DNA of 64,000 nt from Haliotis rubra (GCF_003918875.1 NW_025767360.1:186001-250000), one strand, 5' to 3'; positions 12,850-26,446 are shown, counted from the stretch's first letter. Numbers and translations are program-made. Notes: generated by a model not told the origin, from the sequence alone.

Positions 12850-13880
12850 TGGCTGGACAAGGGAATGATGTTATGAACATCGTGTTACCTCGACAGGATA
12901 CGATGACACGATAAAGATAGACCAAACCTCGCGACGTTCGACATACATGCATAGGTCGCTGCGGAGCAACTCAAAAACAGAGGGCGAGACAAAGCACAGC
13001 AAAACATGCAGAACGCAATATGCAATACCATTAAAGTCATATTATCCATGCTTATACAGATCTCTACTCTTTCATACACAGCAGTTATCTTTAGATATTA
13101 GACTGTGTGAAGTGAAAATTTCAAATTTGCTGCCTGATTATACATTTTACAAAATATCTGTTTCCATTAAATTTGTGAGCGATGCATTCACATTTCGTTG
13201 TTGTGTGTGTGTGTGTTTGCGTTTTTTGTTTGTTTTGTTTTGGCGCGCGTCGGGGTGTGTGTTTGTTGTTTGACGCCGCACTCAGCAATATTCCAGCTAA
13301 ATGGCGGCGGTTTGTAGATAATCGAGACCTGACCAGACATTCCAGTGATCAATAGCATGAGCATCGATCAACAGAATTGGGATACAATGACATGTGTCAA
13401 CCAAGCCAGCAAGCCTGTTCCCGATCACGTAGTTGCCTCCCACGACAAGCATGGGTTGCTGAAGACCAACTCTAACCCTGATCTTCACGGGTTTCATAAT
13501 TCGTTCCGTAGAAATATTTTCACCATATACACCATTTGTTGGACATTTGGAAACCGACAGTATCGGTAGGCTAGTATTTTAGCAACACGTGTTCAGCTAT
13601 CGCTAACTTTCTCTCACTGTAAGTCAATCAAAGTTTGTCGTCACCGTCACCTCGTGGTCTGAACATCTGAACGTTTGAACGTCGAACATCGGGATATAAT
13701 CACTCATTAAACTGACCTCTGGTGATGCAGCTGAAAACCTCATCAAAGCTGTTCTAACAAATTTACACTCTCAATTCAGCTGTCAGGAATCATTGCAGTG
13801 TGCAATGTATACACCTGTCAGAGCCCTTCTCAACCACTATAGTCACAGGACGCGGTCAACAGCACGCTGACGCTTCAGTT
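12850..13880 (-). pseudogene. Eroded ankyrin-repeat-like coding remnant
   Basis: Minus-strand fragments IVVEKGSD, YTLHTAM..IESVNLLE and MDNMTLMVLHIA (the paralog at ~55.35 kb reads MDIFGFN) resemble the ankyrin consensus. Many stops and frameshifts. Confidence 0.35.
13262..13492 (-). mobile_element. Same retroposon family (paralog 55578-55810)
   Basis: Full-length reverse copy ending tcttcacgggt. Confidence 0.85.
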
Positions 13881-14271
13881 CATTAGGCAAATACATTTCA
13901 GTTTAGCCACGTTCTTTGTTATTGTTTGTTTTAAATATATCTGTTGGTACATTAGTTATATCTAGAATACGATCAATTAACTGTTATTCCCTTGTAAGGG
14001 GCTTTTAAGGATTTGATATTATCTTCGTAATTTTACGACACTTCAATCAGTCTAACCGTTGCCTTAAGACACTCCATGTTTGTACATGTATTACGCCAAA
14101 TACACTTGCACGTCTTGGACAAATCTTATGTTTATAGTTGGATGTTCTTTTGGACTTAGATGATAAATATACAAGACATGTGATACATCGATCGTTCGCT
14201 CTATCCATTTAGCTATAGAAGTGTTCAGTGTGAAGAACAATATATGCCCGTCCTATGTTCTATTAAGTAGA

Positions 14272-14420
14272 GGGGCGGTTGGGTAGCCTTGTGATTCGCT
14301 CGGCACGCTAAAGACCCAGGTTCGATTCCCAATATGGGCACAATTTGTGATGCCCATTTCTGGTGTACTTTACTGTGATATTGCTGGAATATTGCGCAAA
14401 ACCAAACTCACTCACTCACT
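14272..14420 (+). mobile_element. tRNA(Asp-like)-derived SINE (paralog 56597-56743)
   Basis: GGGGCGGT head, B box GGTTCGATTCC, GCTGGAATATTGC tail, (CTCA)n end. TSD ctattaagtaga is perfect in the 56.6 kb copy. Confidence 0.88.
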
Positions 14421-16102
14421 ATTTTTAAGTAGAACAAGTGTAACAAGATAGATTACCCTGTTTTACCCATAAAACAATATCTTTCCGATAGGTTGAGAAA
14501 CTGTATGCAGATATGTTTTGGTTTTTGAAAGTTTGACGTTTCGTTTACTATTAACTTTACTTCCATAAGTGCTACAACATTCAATGTATCACCCCATGTC
14601 ATAAGAGGGTTTCAATAGTTTCTGGTCGTATGAGTAAAAGGATTAAATGAGTTGATGGTGTGTCATTGTATCCCGACATTACGAATCATTGCTCATTGTA
14701 CCTTCCGCTAGATTGCTTTGTCGAGATTTGAGTAGTGAGTACGTACATCCTACCCGTGTACTAATGTATCTGGAATATTATTTATCAACGACTAACATCT
14801 AGAGCATTCACACAATACTGTCACACGGACCTGGAGATAAATGAATACTGCAACTGTTCCTGTGTGCCGTTCAGTAGAAGACCCTGCACAGTCCTGATAC
14901 GAGCAAAGTCCTGGTCCTGGTCCTAGTGATGGTTCTAGATCCTCCTCCACGTACTACTCAACACTCACTCGGTCCAGTTTCAGTGAACAAAATTGACATA
15001 TTTCTTCATAGCAGAGCTGCATTTTATATTAAAGTGTCTAGTTTACAAAATACATTTTGTTTCCACAAGGAATGGACACAACCTTATTCACATTCACTTG
15101 ACGAGAAGGTGATTACAAACTGCAGTCTCAGAATAATCTCCGGTAACAGATCCTGCTCCTGGTGATGGTTCAAGGGCCTACTTCACACGATGACGAACAC
15201 ACTCACTTAGTAACACTCCAAATATAATGCCTCGTAAAATGAGCATATCAAAGGAAGTTAATCCAAAACCTAAAACAGGTACATGTATTGGTGAGGTTTG
15301 AAGAACTTTGTGCCACTCAAAAGAGTCAAACTGATCGGTGATAGGGTGTGTCAAAGACTGCGAACTTTAATGCTCACCCCAAAATGTGATAATCTGCGAA
15401 TATCTCACTTTCTAACTTACAAATTTCATCAATGTTTTCAGGTCCGATCGTTTTGCCTAATACATGTTTACCATGTAATAAACCACGATAACGCGAGTTC
15501 TCTCCCTTTATTTGTCGAATTTTCTGCACATGCACCTGACAACTCACAATTATGATAGGTTTTGTATCTATCCTTATTAGCAATACAAAGTTAATGTAAC
15601 AGATACTTTAAAAAACAAGCACACTAAAATATGAAATGTATCTCCATTCTTTGATTATCACACCACTCCCTTGAATATTGAATCCAAATGATATAATAAT
15701 TGAGTTTAAATCAGTGATCGACATCATGAGCATCGACTTGCTCCATTGGGATACCAGGATATTACACATTGCACGCAGACAAGTAAACTATGCTCCATAG
15801 TGACCCTTTCATTTCTCTTGATTTAATGTCATATCTGTATGTCCCTCATTGGGCAAATGTTCACGAATACCAAAACCTGATGCTTTACATTTACGAAGGG
15901 AGGTAATCCTGTGTTGAATCACACGAAGCGGTCGTATAATACCCATACTCATTTATATTGAAAGGAACAGATACACACCTCATCACAATCACAGGATATA
16001 ATGAATTAATTAGGTCTTATCTGACAGTCCCGAATGTCAAATTGGTGGTTACAACGTATTAACTTTAGCGTCCCCTATTCCGCCTCGTCATGAATTCCTG
16101 TA

Positions 16103-16255
16103 GGGGCAGTAGGGTAGCCTAGTGCTGAAAGGGTTCATAGAAGGCCGAGGTTCGATTCCTTACATGGGTACAGCATGAGAAGTCCATTTTAGGTGTTCCC
16201 CGGCGTGATATTGCTGGAATATTGTTAAAATCTCTGTAAACCCCAACCCCATATG
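16103..16255 (+). mobile_element. tRNA-derived SINE, diverged (paralog 58489-58640)
   Basis: Same head, B box and tail. Confidence 0.8.
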
Positions 16256-16365
16256 CATACCTGTATAAAATATGAACACAATGTTTAACCCAATGTTTAT
16301 TTAAGCTGCAGTGTTGTCACTCTTGTCGTCGAAAGCTCAGGTGCTCTCGGGCTCATTGGATATAT

Positions 16366-16499
16366 GAATGAGTGAGTGAGTGAGTGAGTGAAAAATATCA
16401 CGATGGTGAACACCACACATTGTACCCATGTGTAGAATCGAACCCGGGTCTTCAGCGAGACGAGCGGACGCTTTAACCACTAGGCTACCCCATCGCCCC
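16366..16499 (-). mobile_element. tRNA-derived SINE (paralog 58757-58930)
   Basis: Reverse-complement copy; TSD ca(t/c)tggatatat. Confidence 0.85.
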
Positions 16500-16561
16500 A
16501 CACTGGATATATAGTTTGCAGTGACGTTGAATCAGTACGGGGCACCACATCCCTCAGACAA

Positions 16562-16804
16562 AACACGTGAAGGTCCGGGTTAGAAATGGTCTTCAGCAAC
16601 CCATGCTTGTCGTAAGAGGCGACTAACGGGATCGGGTGGTCAGGCTCGCTTACTTAGTTCACACATGTCATTGTATCCCAATTGCGTAGAACGATGCTCA
16701 TGCTGTTATTGGATCGTCTGGTCCAGATTCGATTATTTACGGACCGCCGCCATATAGCTGGAATATTGCTGAGGGCAGCGTTAGACAAGAAACCATCCAA
16801 ACAA
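16562..16804 (+). mobile_element. tRNA-less short retroposon with structured 5' end (paralog 58988-59235)
   Basis: ACCCGTGAAG..CGGGT-type head, GTCGTAAGAGGCGAC hairpin, GCTGGAATATTGCT tail; 11-bp TSD ccctcagacaa. Confidence 0.85.
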
Positions 16805-17310
16805 CCCTCAGACAATCATGAATTCTGTCGACTGAACTGCTAAATTCTTTTTGACACTGTTTGTCTGTTGATTCACTGCGACCAATTTTGTGATGGTAGA
16901 CAGATGATATCCAAATTGTATTGCCGCCTCAGTTGAGGTGGGTCCAACCAGGAGTAACGCCTGTCTAGAATTCAGCTAATCGACCTGTGTTTCCTTTCCT
17001 TATGAAATACTTGGTGTTTTTGTTTTTAATTAGAATTATGAATGATGGACGTGTCGGAAATGCACCCATTTGGTCATATTAGTTGCGCATCATGTGAGAA
17101 ACAGAGAAGGCAGGACTGCGTTCCTGACTTGGAACAAGTGATGTACACAATGACCAGAGTCCATTCCCTGTGCTTCCTTACGTTTGTATTCATTCCTTTT
17201 CACAAATTATTCTCGTTTGCATGTCAAAAGGAGAAAAAAACTCGACTTGCCATTCTAAGTATGAAACGTAATGTAATAATGTGACTGGTGTCATTGCTAA
17301 CGTTCAGTCT

Positions 17311-17467
17311 ACCCGCGAAGGTTCGGGTTAGAATATTGATCTTCAGTAACACTTGCTTGTCGAGAGAGGCGATTAACGGGATCGGGTGGTCAGGCTCGCT
17401 GACTTGGTTGACACATGTCATCGATTCCCAGTTGCGCAGATAGATGCAGTTAATCACTGGATTGTCA
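17311..17467 (+). mobile_element. Same retroposon family, 3' part lost (paralog 59741-59902)
   Basis: Head and body present, fused to a Tc1 remnant. Confidence 0.82.
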
Positions 17468-17475
17468 AATCACTA

Positions 17476-17657
17476 CGCCACGTCTTGACGCTGCGACACG
17501 GAATATCGCCTTTGAAAGAATGCACGCTGGAGATTACCAATCTTCTGTTGCCAGGCGTCTGAATGTTAGTCTGAGCACGATATCACGGCTTGCAGCTCGT
17601 TACAACCAAACAGGTATAACAAATGACCGTCCCCGTACAGGCAGACCTTGAGTCACC
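17476..17657 (+). mobile_element. Tc1 N-terminal remnant (paralog 59910-60092)
   Basis: PRLDAATRNIA..HAGDYQSSVARRLNVSLSTISRL..DRPRTGRP. Confidence 0.8.
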
Positions 17658-17859
17658 AATCAATCTTTCAATCTTTATTCTCTTTTTGACCACCCACGGT
17701 GGTACAAGAGCATTGGATCTAATATTGCACATAGATTTGATTTCATTGTTGGAAGGTCGTTGCATAATTTACAGTTTCTTGCGTAGCTTTAACACGGTTA
17801 TTGATAATAGATATAAACTTTGATAATTTCTTAAGAATAGACAGTTTGTTGGATGCGAA

Positions 17860-18050
17860 CAATGATTTCATCTTATACAAATTTGCGAATGTACAATAAT
17901 ATGGTTCCAAATCATGAGATCTAATTTGAGTGAAGGCAGAACATCTAAATAGATAATGGAATTCATCAGCTGTTGAAGGTGAGTTACAGAGATGGCAGGT
18001 TCTGTCATTTTAAGGGGTGCGTTCCCAACGGCCAGATTTCTTGTTCTAAA
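17860..18050 (-). mobile_element. LINE ORF2 C-terminal fragment (paralog 60290-60530)
   Basis: GRWER..CHLCNSPSTADEFHYLFRC zinc-knuckle-like motif. Confidence 0.7.
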
Positions 18051-18069
18051 TAACAGTAAGGGATTAGAT

Positions 18070-18500
18070 ATTTCTTAAGTCACGTGTAGCTCTTGCAGTA
18101 TAGGCCCGGGCGTTATCATGGTTGAAAATGTTGTTCCGGTAATGTGCAAAATGTGGTAGGACGTGGGGTCTGAGAGCCTGGTCGATGTAGCGCACCGCTG
18201 TGATGCCGCCTCCTCTCCCTGGACCAAGGTTCTGGAACACCACAGGACCAACTCTCTGGTTCAGGCCTATTCCACCCCATACCATGATGCTTGCACCTCC
18301 CCATGAGTCTCTTTCCAGAACACATTGGTCTGAGTAACGCTGGCCACGTCGTCGCCATATTCTTGTTCTGCCACCTGCAGTTGATACGCAGTACCGACTC
18401 TCATCTGTGAACAGAACAGTTCCCCATTGCTTGTATCGCCAGTTTTGGTGTTGTAGGGCAAACTGTAGACGTTCACCCCAATGACGAGGGGTGAGGATAG
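18070..18500 (-). mobile_element. Tc1 catalytic-domain remnant (partial paralog 61235-61475)
   Basis: MVWGGIG..RYIDQALRPHVLP..FNHDNARAYTAR, and LFCSQMRV at the FTDES position. Confidence 0.8.
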
Positions 18501-19865
18501 GTCCCCGGTAATCTAATGCAAAGAAGGGCTACTCAAGTAGGCATTAATAAATTACGTGATATAAAACCCTATATTGGTTACATCTACTTGGGTTGTCAGC
18601 CCAGATTTGATGAAGTCATTTTAAGACGATGCAAATCGATATACAAATGAACACCTGTTCAAAGGTGAGGATCCTCTGTTTTGCATCCTATCATTTAGTT
18701 ATCGAAATTGTAAAAGAAATTGAACTGATTAATACATTTTAATCGATATATTTTGTATATAGATATATATTTTATTATGGGTAGTTTCAATTTGCAACTT
18801 AGATTGTTAGTGGTTGTATCCTCACATGACGTTGAAGTATTGTAAAATACATACGTTTTTGGAATAAACCCGTATACAGCCAAAGGCAAACCCCTCCTAA
18901 TAAACCTGATTTAGTTCTTTTTATTAAAGCCAATGACTGTAGACTGTATGTGACTGTATGTCAGTTTTTAAGCCTTCTACTATGGTGATCAATTTCTTCG
19001 CAAAATATCCCCTACTTGTTACATTATACGAATTAGTACATACATATCAACAGAATAACGCATCCTTGTAAACTGCTCACTTCAATACACTTCGGTGCAA
19101 GGATACTTGAATTACATTACATTCTATTATTAGTCTACTCATCTGTCATCTCAAGAGCTGCCAGGGTCACCCTGTCACCTAAACGACTCAATATTTTCCG
19201 GGTAGCGCCTCCAACAATAAACTGTTTTCACATTGTGTAACACATTCGTCTCGTTTCTCTCCCATACAGCTGAAACTGGGTTTCTTAATTTATTGCATCA
19301 TGTCTGTTTCTCTCTGCAGGGGAAATTGTAAAAGTGCAAACGAACGTCCTGTTAGTGCAGGGCAATTTATCGTTGTGTGGCAAACCTCAACAGTGACGCT
19401 CAGACAAACATGAAACAGGGTTGAGTCTGTATTTCTTAGATAAGGTCGATATGTTTAAATGAATTATAAACAAAAACAGACATGCAATTATTGAGCACTT
19501 TAACAAGTCTGTACATGGTTGTGGGATATCTGGAGTTGTTGAAGGAGTCGTCACCCGGACTGTGAGTAATTTTTTGTTAAATTATTCTTCCAGTTGACGT
19601 CAATAGTGTATATCCATTGCTTATACATTCGATCATTTCGAAAATAGAGTAAACTAATAATGTAAGAACTACTATTGTGCATTCTCCTTTAGTCGTTTCC
19701 CTTTAGACCCGACACACACATTGGACCAAACCTTTAAATATTTAGCCAATGACTACATTAATCGTCATATCTGTCAAACCAAATCTAAATCTTATCACTT
19801 TTACTAATAGTCAACATTCAATGTATAATTAAGAGGTACACGATGATATTTATGTTCAGTAACTA

Positions 19866-20575
19866 TAGTCTGTTTGCTCCAAAATCGTAATGATGAATTC
19901 CTAATTACAAAGAGTTACAAGCAAAAGTCACAATTTTCACATCTTTCTTATTTGTTTTCCTGTACCATCTCATGGTGTAAATTTAGCGCATTAATATAAG
20001 TAATAAAACACAACTTACAAATTACCATAAGATTGTTGTTGTTCTAATACATTTGATTACACGGGAGTCACAATCACTGTAATAGTCGAATGTTTGCACC
20101 TGAAATACATGTCGGTGTGATCATTCGTGCAAGGGATTTACCGTATATGAAAGCATTCAAGTGAACACATCTTAAAAGGCACATAAATTGTTAGATATCA
20201 AATATATTTTGAATCAATAAAATTCATTGGTGAAAAGAATCTTTAGATTGTTTATACATTTATGTGATAATATGAACATTTAGGGAACGTTGGTTGCCTC
20301 TGACGCCACGCAATCTCCCCCTTGGCAAAGGAGAAAGACTAATCACATGCTGGGTGTGAACGTAAAGGATTTCTGCCAGGATGTGAATTGGTCTTACAGT
20401 GACTTTCATATAGAGATGAATGACTCCCGTGTAACCAAATGCAGTAAAACAACAGCAATCTTATTACTTTATATGAATGAAAACAAATAAGAAAGATGTG
20501 AAAATTGTTGACGACTTTTACTTTTACTTCTTGTAATTAGGAACCCATCGGTACGATTTTGGAGCAAACAGACTA
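19866..20575. mobile_element. Non-autonomous DNA element with ~100-bp TIRs, TA flanks
   Basis: TAGTCTGTTTGCTCCAAAATCG..CGATTTTGGAGCAAACAGACTA. The flanks rejoin to match 3610-3680. Confidence 0.8.
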
Positions 20576-20863
20576 TAATTTCACTGATCTGTCATTACAG
20601 ACTCATCGTTTGTGATTAGCGAGTCGTCCACCCCTTGTAAATGCGACAATATTTCAAGTATTAATTCTGTAAACCTACCACGGAGTCAGACACTAATATC
20701 TCATCGTCAGCAAACAGTACGATTAAAATCTCCAAAATGTTAGGATAGTTCTGTACAGCATTTTTGACTTAATAACATCCTGTCGTATTTGTTTTCCATA
20801 ATACGTATTATTACAAAGTTGTTGGTGTTTGTTTCCAACCCGAATATACAAAAATACAATATT

Positions 20864-20865
<2 letters not shown>

Positions 20866-20896
<31 letters not shown>
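20866..20896. repeat. (GT)n microsatellite
   Basis: About 15 GT units. Confidence 0.95.
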
Positions 20897-20898
<2 letters not shown>

Positions 20899-20942
20899 CT
20901 TGTGATAAATAATAGGTTCATACTTTTAGTTTTAAAGGCATA

Positions 20943-22360
20943 TACACTCTTCAAAATAAAGAAACTCATAGGTAATTTTGCGAATATAAGCCCCATGTAA
21001 CTGCGGCAAAAAAACAAAACAAATACAAAAATACTGTGTTTCTTTCCGAACATCATCTTTGTGTAACCGTAAACAGCTTCAGCTCCAAAACGCGGCAATT
21101 TTAACGTTTTCCTTTTTTTTAGAAGTTTTTGAAGAAATATTCCTAACAAAGTCACCAAAAAATTCAAGCAAAGCAAAATGCACGTGCGAGTAAACGGGAA
21201 AGCATGCGGTATCCATCACTATAAAAAGGCAAACGTTGTGTTTAATTTTGCCATTAGTTTTTGCTTTGAAAAAAGGAAATCATCATGCCACGACTGACTG
21301 CCGCCATCAAAACATCCCCATTGGTCGCCTTGAAGCTGGAGAGTCGCAGTCTGCACTTGCCCAACATTTCAACATTCATCAGAGCACCATATCTCGCCTT
21401 TGGGATCGTTTCCTGCAGACCAATTCCGCCCAAGATCGCCCGAGAAGCGGCCGTCCAAGAGTAACCACCCAAGTCAAGGACCGCTCACTTCCATCATCGT
21501 CTTGGAAGACTGCACAACGCATCCCTGGTTTGAGGAGATTTTCCTACCAAACTGTCAGAAATCGATTGGGGATATGATCAAACTAGCCGGTTGTCGCCAC
21601 TGTTTTGAGAGACTTCCATCGGCGAAATGGCTTGCGGTGGTGTCGTAGAGTCCGGAACTGGAACCTTAGAAACTAGAGGCGAATCTGGTTCAGTGATGAA
21701 TCACAATTTCTTCTTCACCAGCGAGATCGAAGACAGCGTGTTTACCGTGGGAGAAATTAACGTTTTGCCCCTAATTGCAATCCACTTGTCAACAGATTCC
21801 GTGGAGTCTGTGTCATGGTGTGGGGTGCGATATCCAGCAAACAAGGATCTGATTTAGTGGTGGCTCAGGGGAATTTGATAGCAAATCGGTACATCAACAA
21901 AGTCCTTGGACGTCACATGCTTCAGATTATGGAGCGACAGAGGGAGTTGTTCCAGCATGACAACGCTACTTCACATACATCACGCATCAGGGTCATCTAC
22001 CTTGCCAATTCTAACGTCAGTCTCTTGCCATGGCCTTCCCGATCACCACATCTAAACCCAATAAAACACCTATGGAATGAACTCGATCGACGTGTAGGTC
22101 AGCGTCAAAACACGCCTCAGACACTTCCACAACTGGCAATCATATTGCTGGAAGAGTTATCCAGTGTGTGCCGAGACGGTGCGGAGCAATAATTACTGCC
22201 AATGGTGGCCATACAAAGTACTGACTTTGATGCGACCTTGTGGACTCAAGTAAACAGAAACAAAACATTAAAGGCTGCTGTTGTGTTGGCGAACTCTGTG
22301 TCTATAGATGTGTGATTTTCACCCTTTTACCATTGAAATTACATGAAATAATTGCTCTTA
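20943..22360 (+). mobile_element. Degraded Tc1 element (different subfamily)
   Basis: TIR-like TACACTCTTCAAAATAAAGAAACTCATAGG. Broken transposase 21285-22224 (GRPRVT, FQHDNA, WPSRSPHLNPIKH, GGHTKY*). Confidence 0.88.
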
Positions 22361-22506
22361 AACTAACGCTAACTTATTTATTTTAACATGTGTCTGTAAC
22401 TCAGAAGGTGTTAAGTACATCAACATGGGCTAGGTTTGTCATAGTTAGGAGGGAACAGACTTGCCCTCTTGTGCATGGATGTGTTGCAAGTTTAGGCATG
22501 TTACTA

Positions 22507-24036
22507 TACTCTCCCAAAAAAGAAACGCATCATGAAAATAGCAATTTCATGTAGCAATGAATTAAAACGTGATTCATTTTACAAAAGGCTTTGCTCTGTT
22601 TATGAGTGCTGTGGTGTTTATGTTTTGAAACATCACAACAAAACGCACCATCCATAAAATACCCGTATTTAACAACATGATTTTTAATTTCGGCGTGTAC
22701 TGTCACAGAATACACAATTCACATGCAATGCACGTGAAAGTTGGGGGACAGATAGTCTCAATGATGGGTATAAAAAGGTTGATCGCTGTCTGTCGATTAT
22801 TCACTGTATTTGGAATATTGTTGACGAACGCCAAATGCCACGTCTAAATGAAGCCAACCGTCATATCGCCATTGGTTTGCTTCATGCTGGCCAGTCTCAA
22901 CGTGAAGTTGCCCGACGCATGAATGATCACCAAAGCACCATTTCACGGCTCTGGGAGAGATATCGCCGGCAGAATTCGGTAGCAGATACCCCTCGTAGTG
23001 GGGCGACCTCGAGCGACCGCTGCGGCGCAGGATCGCTACATCCGGGTACATCACCTGCGTCATCGAACAGCTACGGCGACCAGTACCGCTCAACAAATAG
23101 CCGGATTGAGGAGGCTTTCTGCACAGACCGTCAGGAACAGGTTGAGAGAGGCTGGTTTACGTGTCAGAAGACCTTATTTTGGCCCTGTGTTTCGACAACA
23201 ACATCGTCGTCATCGAGTTCAATGGTGCACCAGCGTTCAGGCCTGGAGCCTACCGAATTGGCGTAGAATCTGGTTCAGTGATGAATCACGATTTCTATTC
23301 GAACGACGCGATGGAAGAATGCGGGTGTACAGACGTCGACGTGAACGTTTCGCCGACGCTTGCGTTCCCCAGGTGGACAGATTCGGCCGGGGCAGTGTTA
23401 TGATGTGGGGAGCGATCACCTGCCGTAGGAGAAGTGATTTGGTGATGATCCAGGGCAACCTGACAGCTCAACGGTACTGTGACGAAATCCTACGCCCACA
23501 CCTCCTTCCAATCATTGATCGCCAGAGGGAGTTGTTTCAACACGACAATGCCAGACCACACACAGCACGTCACACTAGAGACTTCCTCCACTACCACAAC
23601 ATCACTGTGCTCCCCTGGCCCTCAAGATCACCGGACTTAAACCCGATCGAACATCTGTGGGATGCCCTGGACAGGCGGGTGCGACGCCGTAACCCTCAGC
23701 CCCAGACACTTCAACAACTCGCACAGGCACTACAGAGAGAGTGGGCTGCGATTGGGCAACACGAGATTCTGAGACTTATTCGTTCGATGCCGAGGCGATG
23801 CCGTGCAGTTCTGGATGCCCACGGTGGTCACACGAGGTATTGACTTCAGCGCCACCACACGTCTCCATGTGACACTCAAACTGACTTTTCTCGAGTTGGT
23901 GCCAAAGGCGGATAAGTCTGCATTCCCAGTGTGCAATTTCGCTATATTTCATTGACTCATAAAGCCTACAAGATGTTTCAAAATAAACATTAAAAAAAAG
24001 TTGAAATTCCTATATGCGTTTCTTTTTTGGAGAGTA
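22507..24036 (+). mobile_element. Full-length Tc1-family DNA transposon (DD34E), 1530 bp
   Basis: TIR TACTCTCC(C)AAAAAAGAAACGCAT at both ends; TA target duplication at 22505-06 and 24037-38; transposase inside. Confidence 0.95.
22835..23843 (+). pseudogene. Tc1 transposase with a single +1 frameshift (335 aa if corrected)
   Basis: MPRLNEANRHIAIG HTH, GRPR, FSDES, QHDNA, WPSRSPDLNPIE (34 residues between D and E), GGHTRY*. Extra G at ~23000. Confidence 0.93.
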
Positions 24037-26446
24037 TAGTTACCAGTTCATACTCTCAAACCTTTTTTACCTGCCTATTTCCACCACTTGGTTAAAACTT
24101 CGTTTCCAAACATAATTTGTGTGATCAATGCGTGAAATATTGAAATTTTCTGGGAATCGGACAACAGATCATAGCTGTAAACTATGAGCATGACATATTC
24201 AACAACCATGATCCTGGAAACGGGGACCTCCTGTGGTATACAGGTTTTAAATTCTTAAGATACGTCTCACATGAGGTTAGTTGCCACGATAAATGTAGTA
24301 ATACGCATTCACATGTTTGTCAAAAGGCAGGTAAACACATCGTGTTGAGAACAGACAGACGCTGATTACGTAAGCGTTCCAGTCCATGCCTCTTTTAAGA
24401 ATCAGTGTCACAAAACAAACATTTTGAAACATCATATACATTACGTCGAGGGTCAGTCCGCCTTCCCAGCCAGCTACAATAACAAGACAGGTGTTGCACA
24501 AAGCAGATACAAGATTGTTGAGAGATCATTTTTTCGTTAATTGCTGCACTCCGGGTACATAATTCTTCTTGTTCTGTTTCTCCTCGGGACAACACGTAAC
24601 GTTTGTTTTCTGTCATTGTTCTCGAAAGAAGCAATGTACTGCATTCAATACGATATTTTATTCATAGCTGACCATTATCATTGATTGACCTGCATTTCAT
24701 CTGGTCTTCAGTATCCTTTCTTGTCAATACATATTTACTGCTCGTTGGATATCTTCAAAGCGCTTGAAATAGAGGCACACGGTCCCCTTTTACATTCATT
24801 ACAAATTATCAGGTCGGCGTGTATTTTATGAAACAACGAGAAATTTCGGATTAAAAGGACTTGCTACCAAAATGACCCGATTATCCTTAGATTTAACCAG
24901 AAACAAATCCTAAGAACATGATGGTAATGGACTGTTTTTTCAGTCCCGTTAGTTTATAAGTACAACCTTGCTGATAGAATTTCTTTTGTCTTTTGATTTT
25001 CGACTTGTGTTTTCATTTTAATGATAGTCGCTATGTCATTTGACAGAGCTGTTGGTATTGTAAACAACTTTTTGATGTGCAGCTATTAGTGAGTATAAAT
25101 GGGATATCATGTTCGCATGTTTCTTTTCTTCGTGCGTTACCACGAGTGTTTACATTGAGGTCATAACTTACAAGCTTTAACACTGGACAGAAACTAGAGT
25201 CTTGAAGAGTATTGGGAGATTAGAGGTGTCGGACTGGAATGTTTAATTACCTTTTGTGAATTACAACGTGCACCAATAAACCCACCAATACAAACTGAGG
25301 CCTGTAACATTTGTTTTACGGCAATAATTCTTTAATCGATGAGGGTTTTGGGAATAGTTCAGTTGAAGTGCACCTCAACGCCTCTCTCGCTTGACACTTG
25401 ATTTTGTACGATGTGTCTGCACCATGCACATGTTTTGTGTCACGTACGCCATGTGGCGGTTGACGTGAACCAGGTGTATTGTAGACACATGCTTCTTTTA
25501 TTTATAACCATAGTTTAAAACTACAGTTTATTATCATAATAGTGGCTGAGATTTTGTATGATAATTAATATGCACCGGGGAGACGGGTCTGCGTCGTTCG
25601 TAGTGTGGACACACGAAGCACTGGAAACGCTGCTTTGACCAAACTCGTATTTAATGATCATTGTGTTATTCTGTGCAGTCGTTTTTCAAGGGGAAATGGA
25701 CTACCACTGGTATCATTCCTGATATTTGATGAATAATTACAATGCTTTGTACTTTCCATAGGGTTGCGGGTTCCAATAAACCCTTTCATTTTACCGTCAC
25801 AGGGGTGATAAATATAGCAAATGTCACCGAAGCACGAGACCGGTATTATTGAGATTTTTCCACATATAATATTCTCAAACAACGATGCACAGATGCTATC
25901 AATGATAAAATCCAGCATTTCAGATGAGTCGTCGTTATGGTGTATCGTAAATTGGAATAAATACAACGAATACATTGACTCCTTTTACCAGGTAAGGTTC
26001 TGTCAATGAATCTGTTTTGAGGAAACATTGGTCAGACTCATCCTCAAACATTGTGTTGATATTCTTAATAAAAGTTCATTGACACCAGTTCACATGGAGC
26101 CCAGGTACTTGTTTCCGGTCTTACAAATTTTATTAAGGAGGAGATAAACATGTCCTCTGTGGAATAGGGGTTTTGAAAGAAGCTGCGGCTGAGTGGGTTA
26201 GATCGCTGACTTAGTGTGCTGGCGATTAGGGGCCTGATTAGATTTTTCTGAGAAAGTGTTTAGCAAATACATGTGTAGCAAATGCTACATTTTAACTCTT
26301 ATTAAATGGCATTGTGTATTCATCTTGATTTATCAATATGTATGCCCTTCTTGTGGATGTAATGAAGTCAGCCTACTGCTACTCTAATTAACACCAACTA
26401 ACTTACGCAATATCATTACCCCAGAATGATCAGCTGTATTGTAAAC

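Larger units (their letters stand above)
10360..19300 (+). repeat. Segmental duplication block 2, copy A (copy B ~52480-64000)
   Basis: Collinear direct similarity to the end of the window. Confidence 0.9.

Noticed and set aside
14905-15210. Two ~60-nt imperfect repeats and (GTCCTG)n as coding exons
   Set aside because: No consistent splice sites or reading frame.
19190-19245. LLLEALPGKY as a Walker A motif of a NACHT/STAND NTPase
   Set aside because: No GK[ST] in any copy; too degraded to call.
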